DNA of 64,000 bases from Phoronis australis (GCA_002633005.1 NMRA01000243.1:264280-328279); one strand, 5' to 3'; shown: positions 43,901-56,625, numbered from the stretch's first letter. The notes: a model not told the origin generated them from the sequence alone. Numbers and translations: made by a program.

Positions 43901-46900
43901 TGAGTAATCTTCATACTCGTCACCATTGTTGTCTCTCAGTCACTATTATCTTTTTTGTTCAATTTATTTATTGTCGCCCGACCGCACCACATTCAGCCGC
44001 ACTGTTGCACGTCTGCAGGTCATCGTCTTCAGCAGCAGCATAGTCGTGGGCATTGGCATCCATGTTGCCAGTTCTTCGGGATTCATCGAAAGTAGGTCGT
44101 TGGCCAAAAGAGTGGTACTGTGGTTTGCGGCTGGGTCACATTCGGCAGTGATGTCGATGATGCCGCCTTTGCCGTCACTGGAGTGCTTATCATTGTCAGT
44201 GTGTCACTGTCAATCCGAGTCATGTCGGCAGCATTGTTGTCGGTGCACGTCGTGCCGCTCTCGGCTCGTCGGCACTTGACAACGACGACGTTGCATTGCT
44301 GTCAGCATTGACATTGTTGTCCGTCGGCTCGTCTTTGACGTCGCCGATGTCGTTTTTGATGCCGTTGTGCATGCTGTCAATGACGTCATCGTCCTGTTTT
44401 GATTCGTCGTCATTTGCTGTTGTTGATTTCCGTGTAGCCGGTGGAAGCGTGGTCTTCCAACACTTCCTCAGCACCGACGTTGGTAGGGACGTCTTCGTCG
44501 TCTTTTGTGCACCTGCCTTCATCTCCGTCTTCACTGCTTATCAATTTCGCCGCTAATTGTTGCTTCAAAGAGCGTTTATATTAGTTGGTTTTGTTCAGAA
44601 AACTATCCAGAAGAAAGAAAAAATGTAGTAAACTAGATAGCCTTTCTGCTTGAAAAGACACGATATCCCCTGAGCTTTGTGTCCAACATGAGTGGCAGTG
44701 CCAGATTTAGAGGGGGGTCATGGCCCCCTAAAATTCTCCCGAACTTCAGTTTTGGCAGCTCTGGAGTGCGAATGTCTGACGGGCAAAATCCTGGCTAATA
44801 CTCTGCCCTGCCCCTCCCCCCACTCGTCCCGGGCTGAATGGAGCGTCGGGAAATTCATTGGACGGGTCCGAATGTTGACACTGTTTCTCCCCCCCCCTTT
44901 CTCTCTCNATTTCCATACCGGCCGGGATGAAACCTTCGGGCTACGTGGCCGTTTCGCCAATAGACGCAGTCTTGAAGGATTACTCTAAACTATACGTCAT
45001 GTAGACCAACCTGTGGCCCGTGCAAGCTGCCTGTGATCGACACTCTGGCCCGCTTCTGTTGATACATTCTCCTGACGTTCTGCTTCAAGTGTTTCCCGAA
45101 AATGAACGTCATGAATCCAATCGACGTTATGAACATGTAAAGTTCAAATTTCTGGAACGAGTTACAACAACAATAGCCTTTAAACAACGGACGTTCGTTC
45201 GTACTCTTAGTACGTTTTTATTTCATAATAGAAACGAGAGAACGTTACAAGGGAGATTCGTTCACCAAAAGTTATTACTTAAAGCCTTAGTGTGCTCCAT
45301 GAAAGAAACTAGCTTTTCATTTAAAAGCTTGCTGATATACAGCAAAACATTGAAGCTGCCCTAAGCGGCAAACGAGACTTGGTGGCTGGACTTCTAAAAT
45401 GACAGTTAAGTGTTCTTGAAACCATGTCTGACAAATAAAATGACCCGCCGTGAAAATCAAGAGCCTTATCTCGCACAGTTATGAACTGTCAGTTTTACCA
45501 AGCAGAGGAATCACCTCTAAGAGAACTATTTGTGACCAATTTCATTACGGCGTATGGTCTAAACATGAAATTCGTTTTTGTGAAGGAAGGCGCATAGAGA
45601 CCGACTAACTGAGATTGATTTCAAAATTATGACGACCATGTTTTAACTTTTTAGGCAAGTCTAGGCACCCAGTCAAGTGTCTGCAAAAAAGATTTCAGAT
45701 AAATTAATTTAAAGAGGCATGGAACGTGAAAACTTTTCGACAAATTGTGGTGAATCTACTTCTAGCTGGGGTTGCTAAGTTCGAAATTTGCACGAATTTC
45801 TAAAAAGAATCTTCAGATTCACTATTTTTGAAACGCGGGTGAAATATAAACTCTCATCCCAATGCTGTTTTCAAATTCTCCCCCCTGATATCATATATGC
45901 GCGCATGCGCTCACAGAGTTGCCCAATAAGCAATTCCCAAGTGCATTTGTTTTGAGGTCAAAGGTCACATTTTCCATATAAAGCCATATGCTGCGTCTAT
46001 GTATTGCCAAAGCAAACAACGAGACGTGTTTTGCCTTGTAGAAGAAAAATCGACGAAGCGACGAGCAGTTGATAGATGTTTTTTTTTTCGAAATTTGAAA
46101 CTAAAGCAAAAATGCTTTGTCATCAACTGAAATTCAAAATCTTCACAAACAAACCGCAAAAATACTTGAAGAGTTTGACTTCTGTTTCTGAGAGAGAGAG
46201 AACCACTTTGAATAATGTAATTTAGTCTTCTTTCGAGCTCTATACTATTTTAAACGTACATGTTTTCTAAAAGTAGAAAGTCTGTGAAATTTTGTTCTTT
46301 GTTTTATGCCACTTTGCAATTAATTTGGTCTCGCGGCGATGTCTTTTCAGTAAAAATATGCGAAAAGGGTACATTCACTTCAAAACAACGTTTCAAGAAG
46401 AAAACACGAAAACCCTGTTACAGTTTTTAAAGTGTCTGTTATAGTGTTTTTAGAGATTCCTTCTTGAACAGTTGTGTCAATTGAAATGTGGCCACGTTAT
46501 TGGTACGTTGTTTTGCTATGAATGTGCCTTTCTTTCGGCTCAGTTTTATGACAAGATATAGTCACGTGAACCAATTCCCTAAATATCGGTATGAAGTAAA
46601 TATCAAAATGTGGTAGGCTCGCTGAATACTTTCAGAAAATATAATTATTTGAAATTCTACAGTAGGTCTTGCTAAATGCACTGATTTGCCGATATGATTC
46701 TATTCAGTGAACTTTAACCTTACTTCGTGGTAGTGCTGAACGCCCTGCGCTTTCCTCGTCACGGTGATGGTTAGTGGCAATACCATCCCAGAGATGGACA
46801 TCAGCAGCGTATAGATAGAACAAAACAGTTCGACCAACTTGGACCTCGAAAAGAAAGATAAGGTTATTATTTAAAATGACTTATTCTTATTAAAATGTCA

Positions 46901-47590
46901 TAGGCAAGAAATTGAATTTCGGGCCTAAAAAATGGAGCCCCTATATTAAATAGGTACCCGCCCGAAGGCGTCCGTTTGCAGATGTTTGAAGAAAACTACG
47001 GTGAAATTAGGGTAAGTTGGTTCCACTGAGGAAACGGTAATTAAAACTGTCCAGTTAAAATTCAACAAGTTATGTTTAACGATATCTTAGTCAATAATAT
47101 TCATTTTGTCTGCTTGATTTTATAATTTTGTGAAACAGTTGGGAGCCAGTCAACATTCGAAACGATTTGGGCAACTGAAAAGGAACCAATACGGATATAA
47201 CGAATCCTAATACCTTTAAAGTGGTTTAAAATATTTTTGTAGCTAATATCTTCGATCGATTCCTAATTTTGGCGCAAAATTACCAAATCGCAGGAACGCG
47301 GCATTGATATTGCCGTGTAAATCCACATTTTCGCACATTCGCTTGCTCACATGCGACCTGTTCTTTGCTAACCTGAAATATTACTTCTCACTGTTTCAGC
47401 CCTTGGTCTCTATCCCACTGTTCGCTTACCTATGCAAGACTTCATCAGAGCTAAATTCGGACCGTGTCGCAGGGGAGTCGCTGTCTTCCTCGGAATCCAA
47501 ATGCTTGTCCGGCACCGTCGGAGTGTTATCAATATGTAGTAGTTTTGCTACTGTTGCCTCGTCGGGCACGTCTGTCTTTCTTTTCCCCAT
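37971..47590 (-). CDS. Otopetrin-family proton channel (OtopL-like), 7 coding exons, 631 aa
   Basis: Exons 47590-47430, 46844-46724, 45151-45011, 42935-42734 (acceptor least certain), 42380-42223, 40276-40093, 38899-37971. Phases join (1896 nt). Motifs HLIATNLFMW..TMVHET, PYLTPCMIEYS, QSTLQTAFI, KPGR..I.FILVCN.SIW, FYG..AW, PMTIFYRFHSSV.LADIW. Confidence 0.92.
39273..39988. mobile_element. MITE, family C, ~105-bp TIRs (CAGTGGCGGATCTAGG), with internal tRNA-like segment
   Basis: Long inverted repeats 39273-39381 and ~39880-39988. Small gap inside. Second, truncated, inverted copy at 50992-51510. Confidence 0.85.
39648..39717 (+). pseudogene. tRNA-like (Pol III A/B box) module inside the MITE; not a credible functional tRNA
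   Basis: A box TGGTGTAGTGG 39655-39665, B box GTTCGAGAC 39699-39707, T5 at 39722-39726. Acceptor stem does not pair well. Confidence 0.6.
41828..41918. mobile_element. 91-bp MITE with perfect 5-bp TSD
   Basis: CATGGGCGGC...GCCGTCCATG flanked by TTTAG on both sides. Confidence 0.8.
44697..44830 (-). mobile_element. MITE, family B, partial
   Basis: Reverse-complement match to 53050-53174 and 11010-11100. Confidence 0.75.
45709..46165 (-). mobile_element. Interspersed DNA-element fragment (possibly Kolobok-like)
   Basis: TTAAAGAGGCAT end. 45990-46165 is an inverted homologue of 48030-48205 and 4330-4490. Confidence 0.55.
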
Positions 47591-47968
47591 TTTGGTCTAT
47601 TAATGTACGGTGTTACACGTTTGATGCAACTCTGTACACGATATCGCATTTGCGTTCTTGTTGCAAACGTGACACGCACGCTTTCGTTTCCAACATTCCG
47701 ATGAACCGAATGAACATTTAAAACCCGCCACAATTTTAACACGCATCAATTCTTCTGTATCATTTTGTCACTGGCTTTTCTCGATTATTACAAGTGACCG
47801 TAGTACTGACACCAAAAACGGTGTGGCTCTCAACTAAAATCTTGAAAATCAAGCAGAAGTCTTCAGTCAAAAATGATGTTTGAGAAGGTAACATAACATC
47901 GTCAGTTGGATTGAGTTGAGCCGAGTTCCAAATCATAGCACAAACACACATACATACATGTACGAGAA

Positions 47969-48205
47969 TTAAAGAGGCATTATTCAAAATGGTTTACTGC
48001 CACTGAAACAGAAGTCAATTGAACTGTTCACCAGGTATTTTTACGATTTGTTCGTTAAGATTTTGAACTTCTGTTGATGTCAATGTATTTTCCCTTTAGT
48101 TTCAAATTTCAACAAAACGATAACGTCAACTGCTCATTTCGTCGATTTTTTTACTAGTAGTACACGGCAAAGCACCTCCGTTATTTGGTATGGCAAGACG
48201 TAACA
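47969..48205 (+). mobile_element. Interspersed DNA-element fragment (possibly Kolobok-like)
   Basis: TTAAAGAGGCATTATTCAAA start; homologous to 4281-4490. Confidence 0.6.
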
Positions 48206-50991
48206 CATTTCCCATATATGTAGGTAAATATAACAACAAGAATGGATCAACTGAAATTTTCGGATGTAATAACGTCCTTCGTCAACAGAAACAGAAATGC
48301 GACCCTTGATCTCTGATGTAAACACTGGGATTTCAAGCAGCAGCCCAGTTCGACTACGTTGAGCGCATGCAGGCGCATATATTATTAGGGACGGAAAATT
48401 TCAAAATTGTATTAGGATGAAACAGTTTCAAAAATAGTAAATCTGACATTTTTTTCCTGAAAATTCTTGCATCCCCAAGAAGTAGACCTAGATTAGCCGT
48501 CACGACTTGTTTCAAAGGCATTTTTTTCTTGTTCCATATCCCTTTCAGGTGAATAGCGTCGTTTAGTATGCGGTGAGCTTTACAGTAATAATCTTCAAAT
48601 TGACGAGTTGATCGTTGCACGTAGTGATAACGTAGACATGATCACTGGCGAGAATGAAAGAGCCAACTACCGTGAAGGGCCAATAAATTACACGTGCCTT
48701 CGGTTAAAAAACTTTTGATTTGACCCACTCATAATAAAAGTGGTCTCAATGTCCACCTTTTGTTTGTTAGTTTTCTTTTGGGCGAGGGCCGTACCCGCGC
48801 TTGGGAGGAAATCCAGACCCGCCTGCCCCCAACTGTTCCGGCTATCTGCCAGATCTGTGTAACGCTGCTTTTCTAAAATTGTAGACAGATTGTCATTATG
48901 ACCTAATTTGTATATTGATTCATTACACACATTGCATGTGAAAACAATTAACATCCACTCTGTTGCATGCACGAGTTGTTGACACGCCGAGTGAATACTC
49001 GGTTAGTATGGTACAAGGATACATATAACACGCTGTTAAAGCGCTTCGCTACGAGATGGAAATTATTTTAGTCATTCTGTAAACATTGCGAACATCCGGG
49101 TATCGTTCGAAGGTAGGATAAAGTTCTATTCTCGTTACTCAGCAACAAAAGAATACATGAACACGTGCCTGGGACTCTCAGCACAAAACGCAAAGTGGTG
49201 ACGTATCCTTAGAAATGTGTCTGAATTTAGCAGTGTTCATGAACAACCCGCATCTTGATCTAGTGTGTAAACTTATAATTTCATGATTGCAAGGAATTCG
49301 TAATAACGTTTATGGAACTGGCAAGTCTGCACCGGTAATATGCCGTTTGAAGTTATGCTAGAGTGACCAGGATGAACTGAGGGGGTGGGGGTGGGAGCCG
49401 GGGTGGGGGGATAGATGTTGCAGTACAGGTCTAGTGTTTTCGGTCGTTCGTAAGAGTCAAAGACGAGTTTAGTTGAATATGATGACGTATGACTTTTCGG
49501 TGGGTTGCTATACTGTTAATTTTGGATCTTTTGTATGCTCCTGTTATGGCCTAAAGCTGGCTGGTATTGTAATATGCCTAATTAAACAATCTGTGCATAA
49601 TCGGTACAATCGGAGCATTTTGGTAGAACTAGTCTTCCAACATTTCATAAATAAGTACATCCCTGTCATCGGCGCGGGAGCTGTTCAGTGTTCTGGAGTG
49701 ATAACCTCAGAACTACACGTGATTACACGGGGCAAAATCTCAACGCATCGATGCTGCCCAGCTGTAAAGATCACTTTCATTTGTTGTACCTTCACGATGC
49801 AGGCCTATATGTCTCGTTCCATACTGTCCGGTATTCAAGCAGGTTTTTCTAAGCTGGAAAGGGCCAGCACTCATGTAACATTTTTGATGTTCAGTTGTGA
49901 ATCGACTTTACGAAAACATGTCGATTTGTCTGCCTCTTTTCTCATTGTCTGTGCTATGAAATAAACTAAATTCTAAAATGTTGTTTGTATGCCGGTGAAA
50001 CGTGAGACAGAAATTTGCTCTTACGCGCCACACAACTATTTCTGAAAAAATATTAAATCTCACTAGAGCACTTGAAGAGTGCTAAGTCTCTGAGAATATA
50101 CTCACAACTGCTAGTTTCTGAGCCGATGATGTGATACGCTCATAATCCCTACTTTGCTAATAAACCTAGTTTGGTATCAGTGACAAGACGTACATGTAGC
50201 TCATTGGACATAGCACACTTCCCTTATCGTGGCCTCGGAGTGGTGGCGACTTCAAGCAGTAGAGCCATGACTTCTTTGAGTTTGAAAACTGTATTCAGTT
50301 ATAGACCTCTTTCTCTCGAGCTAAAATCCACGGAAAATCCCATGACGTCGCGGGTAAAGTACCATTACGAGATCAAGTGCATGGAGTAGGCCTAGAGGCC
50401 CTAATTCGTGTCATTTTTAGCCAGCTAAACAGGGCAAAATCAGTGCATAACAATTCCCCTGTTTTAAGTCCACAACTAATGCCAGAAAAGAGAGTGGCGC
50501 TGGCTTTGGCCGAAAGAAGTCACTAGTCTGTGATTTTTTGGCCGGGGCTCTGAGTCGAGTCGCCGCGGTTCGGGATGACCTCGGACCGCTGGCCAGCTGT
50601 GCCGAATCCGAACTTACGACCCGGCGTACGTACCAATCGTCACCGTCTCGACCATATGATTAATGTAGGCCTATAGCATATAGTAGACCCTAGCTGGTCA
50701 CGTACGGGATGGGTCACTTCAGTTTATTCCACTCTACCGCAATTTAGCAGTGGTCTCACTCCACCAAAATCGTTCTTCAGTCACCTGAAGAGCAACTGAG
50801 CTGAGACCATGGACTTCAGACATTACTGTTACGCGGGTTCCCACTTCAGTAGTCATCTCAGTGTTAATCGAGACAGTGCAAAGTCGTGTCGGGTGCTTCA
50901 AAATTTCACTGGAGTGACGATAAAGTGTACCACATGCCGCCATTAATTGTCGCAAGGTAAAAAGAAATTGAAAAAGAAAACGAACAGCATT

Positions 50992-51510
50992 CAGAGGCAG
51001 ATCTAGGCTAGGATATCACAAGGGGGGGCCAACATTTTGTCCGGCTGCGGTAAGCATTTCCGCAAACTGAACCACGATTGTAGATGCGCATAGCACCGAA
51101 TGCAAAAATTTTCCTGGGGGGGAGGGGGGCAAACCCCCCTAAATCAAGCATTTTCCTTGATTCCTGAAGTATTATCCAAGAGGCAAAAAAAAAAAACACG
51201 GAGAACGTGTCAAACAGGAAATACTTCCAAGTACCAAAGACTCGAACTCACGACCTCTGACGGGTACAGCGAGCGTTACATGCACTACACCACCATGATT
51301 TAACTACTCATTTCTTACTAAGAGACCTACTTGTTTATGGTCCACAGCGTTTGCGCGCGAAACCTACTTCTTTTTGTAATGCTTATTACATGTTTTATAT
51401 TTTGAGCCATCAATTCTTAACAACTTTGTCGTATTTAAAATAGTCTTCAACTGCCCAAAACTGGCAAAAGACCAAATCCGTTTTTCGTGTTGGCAATAAT
51501 GACGGGACTG
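50992..51510 (-). mobile_element. MITE, family C, truncated copy
   Basis: Reverse complement of ~39447-39988, including the tRNA-like segment at ~51235-51302. Confidence 0.85.
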
Positions 51511-51651
51511 CGTTCAGTAGACGCTAGGACCTACGCTAGGACCTAGCCAAAAGCTAATCAAGCTCACGTGCTCTTATTTAAAATACACGGCAATATCTCG
51601 CGTAATCTCGCAAAGTCTTGCTTTTAAGCTAGGTCCTAGTGTTACTGAACG
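51511..51651. mobile_element. 141-bp MITE with ~24-bp TIRs just upstream of the DNAJC14 first exon
   Basis: CGTTCAGTAGACGCTAGGACCTA / TAGGTCCTAGTGTTACTGAACG. Relatives at 7631-7738 and 34738-35001. Confidence 0.8.
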
Positions 51652-51654
51652 GGA

Positions 51655-51837
51655 GGCGGAATACACCCGGCTGCGCCGCACCCGATTCCGCATCCGACCT
51701 CCGAGTCATGCCTCGCAGGCATTCTGAGTCCGGATTCCGTCAACGAATCGACATTCCTTCAAAGGTCATTTGCAACCAACCTCATTCACATAGTCTCGAC
51801 TACAAACTGTTTACCATTAAATTCTGCATATTTTAAG
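51655..51837 (+). other. DNAJC14: Probable non-coding first exon of DNAJC14 (start approximate)
   Basis: CpG-rich stretch ending in a perfect donor AAG|GTAAGT at 51838, upstream of the acceptor at 56616. Confidence 0.55.
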
Positions 51838-52860
51838 GTAAGTCCATTAATCGTCAATTTAAGCGAAATTTGCGCAAACGAAAACGCTAATGGTAAACAA
51901 GAAACCATGCAGTTTTCAGAATAACACAGTCATTTTGTTACAATATCCAAATGTCTTCTCTGACCACGTGACCTTACGAGAGTTACCCTGGAAATGTCTG
52001 CCGTTCTCGTGTGCTGATTGTGTTGGAATTCCTAAGGTAAATGCAATAATATGTCAGTGTTTCTCAAAGAATTTCGCCTCCACTTAGTTCCAGACAACAC
52101 TATTAATTCTATTCGCATTTTTCAATCTTTTGTGATCGGTGTCTTCTTGAGGTTTTCCTAAAATTTCACGCCTGTATCCTATTGGCATTGTTGTGAATTC
52201 GGTTGTTTCATTTTTTTGCATAGACTGCAGACTCGCACAAGTCCAAAAATAGGCAAGATAGTTTTAGGTGTTGTTCTTCGAGCCTTAGTTCACTTATGAT
52301 TTAAATAATATAACTTTCTCCAGCACATTTAGGTTATGTTCCACGCCACTGAAGTTCAGTTTTGTTGTGATTTACCTGCCGTGTCTTTTGTTAGTTTGTT
52401 TTTGTTTACAAAATGTGCAAACAAATTTGCAGAGCTCTGAGTGATTGATCAGTTTGTGCTGTTAAAATTAACCATCATAATATGAGATAATAGTTTTGAA
52501 AACTGTCAAGAACAACAAAGTTTCAATTCAGGGCTTGGAATTTTCCTCTCATGAGAGGATTTTCACTTTTTGGCTTCAATTTCCTCTTATTTGATTTCCA
52601 ATTTCCTCCTTTTCATCTGTTTTGTAGCATTATTTTGATGCAACTCATGCTAAAAAATTCTTGCAGTTAAATTTTACAACACAAGACGAATTTCTTTTAT
52701 AGAAGTTTATTTATTTTTAGAACGATACATCACCTGCAAAATTTTCCTCTAATTGTCATGGGTCACTCCAAGCACTGTTTCATTATCCAGTCATATTTTG
52801 AAAATTACAAATGTTGAACATTGCAAAGCGTGTCTTTGGCCCTGTAGACTCTTGTCTGAT

Positions 52861-54052
52861 GTTGCAGCCCAAACTGATGCCTGCACCAAAATGATTTGCT
52901 GCACTTCAATTTGGCGCAGGTTGGTGAGCCAAACTGATGACCTGCACCAAACTGAAGCTACCATAAGTTTCCAAGGTATTGCCAGTGTCAAGGGCGGATC
53001 CAGGATTTTGAGTTAGGGGGGGGGGGGGCANNNNNNNNNNNNNNNNNNGGGGGCATGGCAGAGTATTAGCCAGGATTTTGCCCGTCAGACATTCGCACCA
53101 CCCATCTGACAAATTTAAACTGGAAGAATTTTAGGGGGGGCCATGGCCTTGGCCCCTCTCTAAATCCACCAGTGAGTGTAGTGTTCGACGCTTGGCAACC
53201 TGGCAAAAATCCCAGGTCTCCAAACGAAATCAAATCTGAGGTCGCCAAAACTGGAAAATATCAGGTGTCCAGATCAATTCAGGTTTCCTGTCCTACCTGG
53301 CGTATACAAGTTTGTCGACCAAAAAACAAAAAAGTCGTTGCGCCACCCACTCCTTCGATTTCCCCTGTAAATGCCTAAGTGTAGGTGTACCCTCATTCTT
53401 TGATGCAAATCCTCCTGCCGGCGAACAAACATGGAATGTACGCAGACGACCGCATGAACAGGCGGTGCGAATTTTGTTGATCTTGCCCAATTTTTGCCGA
53501 ACAATTCCGACATTTGTCTGTTTATTTTCTGTTGTGTGATGACAAATGCGTGATTTCAAAAAATCAATAGAACAATTGTGAATCAAAGGTAATAAATCTA
53601 GGAAACTGTTAGTAGTTTGAAATTTGAAAGTTAACAAAAACTTTGAAACGAATTTAGAGGGAATTATTGTCTGACTTTAAATACTCGCATTGACAACTTC
53701 GTGACGACTTGGAATTTTTCCCAGGCTGTCAAACACAACCTGAGGTCACATTGGCCAAATCGAGTGCTGGAGTTTTTAACACTTATCAGAACTAAAATTG
53801 AGTGCTCATGTATGCAGGTCATATGGATTAATCACATGGGGGAAATGTCCTGAGAAACTATTACCCCCACCCCACACTCATCGTTGTCAATTTTAGTTCA
53901 GTCAACTGTTAAGAAATCCTATAAATCACTGGCAGTAATTTATTAACTCACGGTAGCTTCAATTTGGCGCAGTCGTCAGTTTGGCTCAACAACCCCTGCC
54001 AAATTGATGTGCACCAAATCAGTTTGGTGCAGGCATCAGTTTGGGCTGCAAC
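52861..54052. mobile_element. ~1.2-kb element with ~100-bp TIRs, containing nested insertions
   Basis: 52861-52962 and 53953-54052 are inverted repeats (GTTGCAGCCCAAACTGATGCCTGCACCAAA...). Confidence 0.85.
52989..53174 (+). mobile_element. MITE, family B, full length with perfect 5-bp TSD
   Basis: CAAGGGCGGATC...AATCCACCAGTG flanked by AGTGT on both sides. Internal gap. Confidence 0.8.
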
Positions 54053-56625
54053 GGCCCCATTTAGTCTCGAGTCCACCATAACTTCTTCAAGTTTTTTTAC
54101 TTAGAATCATAATGTTAGCCTCCATGTGTTCACAAGACGTGTAGAAATTTTTGTAGTGTCCATTTTGCTGTACCTCCACTCGATTTTCAAATAATCGACA
54201 TTGAAGTTTGAGTTTTTTGCTGACTTCTCCACAGCTGGTAATCCATACAGATCAAACCAGACATATACTGGTGATTGTATGTCCATTTGCAAGGCAAGGA
54301 AACACTGCATCACAATGTCAAGAGTGTTTCACCGATGGAATATCTGGATAAATCTTGTCTCTTTGTACAGTGATACTTAACTCGTTTCTAATTATTTGAT
54401 TTAAAGTGTTTTGTGAACCAAGGGGACCTACTGCTGTTGGCCAAGTTTTGCTCATGCACTTAAAGTTACCGATTGTCCGGGTCGATTGCTTGGACAGCAT
54501 ACGCCACCAATTCATTTTTCTCCACCGATTCCATATCATGTTGGTGTGGTCAAACTTTAGGAGTGTAATGCCTGAGAACATCTGCAAAAATGCAATTTGT
54601 TTGTGATTCCGACTTAGTTTAAAAGGATTACCACCAAAGTTTGTTTGTCATAGATTTAGAAGCATAAGTGGGAAAATTCATTAGAGATTCTTGTGATAGC
54701 ATTGTACGAATTACGGTAGAATAGTGAAATACATCGACGTTCGGCTGATCCCGGTGAATTGAGCTCTAGCACAACAATGTGTGCTGACATTGATAGTGTC
54801 ACAATCGACATGTCTTGTTGTCCAGATTCCAGTATGTGTCAAGTACGACAATATGTCGCACGGTAAGGGATGCCTTGCATGCTCTGGCGATTTTTCACCA
54901 CATCGGTTGCGACGATTGAGTTATTTTTGACGTCCATGCTAGGCTGGTGCCTGACCCTCGGCTAATAATACATGTTTGATTTTGTTGAAATTGCATCTGA
55001 AGCATTATTAGATGGAAGCATTATGAGGGCTCTTTTCATTCATTTTGTTTTGGATATTGTGGCATTACCCTGACGATATCTACAGAGTAGTTAGTTGATT
55101 TGATGTTTTTAGCTGTTTTTTTAATGTCCCTTAAGTTTAAAATGACATGGTTACTGTTTAGTAATTCACTCTTTACTGTCACTCATTGCTGAGTGGTGCA
55201 GTGTCTTTGGGGATTTCTTTGCCGAGTCAATTCTATCTCTAAAAATGGTGTCCGTGCCTGGTGAGATTGGGATGAACTAATCCCAACAATATTCCAGTAG
55301 GGTCGGGTGAATTAATGCTCAGGAAGTGCACACCGTTTCAAGAACACTTCTGAGGAGGTTATCTTCTCGACGTCATCTGATAGTCCTTATCACCAGTATT
55401 TTGAATATCAAAAGTGAAAAATGAGATGGCTTCACTTTTGTGGCAGGAAAAATTTCGCTACAAACAATGAATGTGCTGTTTCCCACCCTTGTAAATGGTT
55501 ACACAATCACCATTAGCTGTCAGACTTAATCTTGACTTCACTGAAGGGTTACTAGACTGTGCATAAAGTTGGCCATAAACTTAATAACTTCTAAGTCGAT
55601 TAATTAAACATTGAGTAAGGTATAAGGAAATGGACTGCAGAAAATTTTCTACGCATAAATGCTAAAATTATGATTCTAGGTTAAAAATTGAAGTTAAAAT
55701 GTTGGATTCAATTGGGACCGGTACATCTGGCTTGTGCCGTTCCTGTGTTAAGATTTGATGCAGTGATTCCTGATTGTGAGCCTGAGGGCAATCACTGTGT
55801 GGTGCCTGTTGGTTCACTGGATGGAACTGGTATTTTATAGTGGCATCCTGTCGAAAATAATTTGATTTTCAGAGTGTTGGTCTCATGTTACCAGCTCAAA
55901 TCACAGCTTGGATTGGCCAACCGTAAAATTATATATTTGAAAATGGCACATATGCACATTTCTCTCGACTCGACATAGAATCATGATGAGGAAGGAGACC
56001 GATTTTATCAACAATCTTATCAAGTAGTTGTAAATATGACAATATAAACACTCTGTCCATTTCCTCATATCATCAGACCAACCTGTTATGTATCTTAATA
56101 CTTCAATGACTAATGTTGGCATAGTTTAGCACACAATTCCAGTGGAGCAGCACACTCAGCAAACGAATGAAGGGAATGAGGAATGACTGACTGCTTTCAG
56201 CGCCATCTGTCTGGTATCCCTGTCTGTCAGTGATATAACTCGGGAAACGTATTGGGTCTGTCATGGTCCTATATACAGATTACCAAGGAAGCCTATCTTC
56301 TGCTTACAAGCCATTACCGTAGGCGAATCTTTTCATAATGTCAAACGTTTTCCTCCACACCACCCGCTGTAAAGTTGGTTACATTTCCAGTTAGGTAGGA
56401 TGTTGGCTTATCTCAAGTTGTCAAGATTGCTTCGAATGGTCACCCGTTCACTGAATATGTACAAGCTCGGTGTTCAACACGGATGCTTTTCTGTCTCATA
56501 TAACGTGCTCGTATTTTGAGAACCAGTTTGATGTCCGTTGTTCAGTGGAGAAAACTGGTTCTCAAAATTTGGTCACGTTATATTGGACCATTACCGTTTT
56601 TCTTTTGTTATTGCAGGTCTATGAT

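Noticed and set aside
49473-49964. 163-aa plus-strand ORF
   Set aside because: Non-ATG start, no recognisable motif or splice context.
54826-54862. AG..GT-bounded 37-nt segment as a DNAJC14 coding exon
   Set aside because: Neither of its ATGs is in frame with the main ORF; at most a UTR exon.
56470-56616. N-terminal part of ORF 56470..58032, and its tail after 57955
   Set aside because: Intronic read-through beyond clear splice sites.
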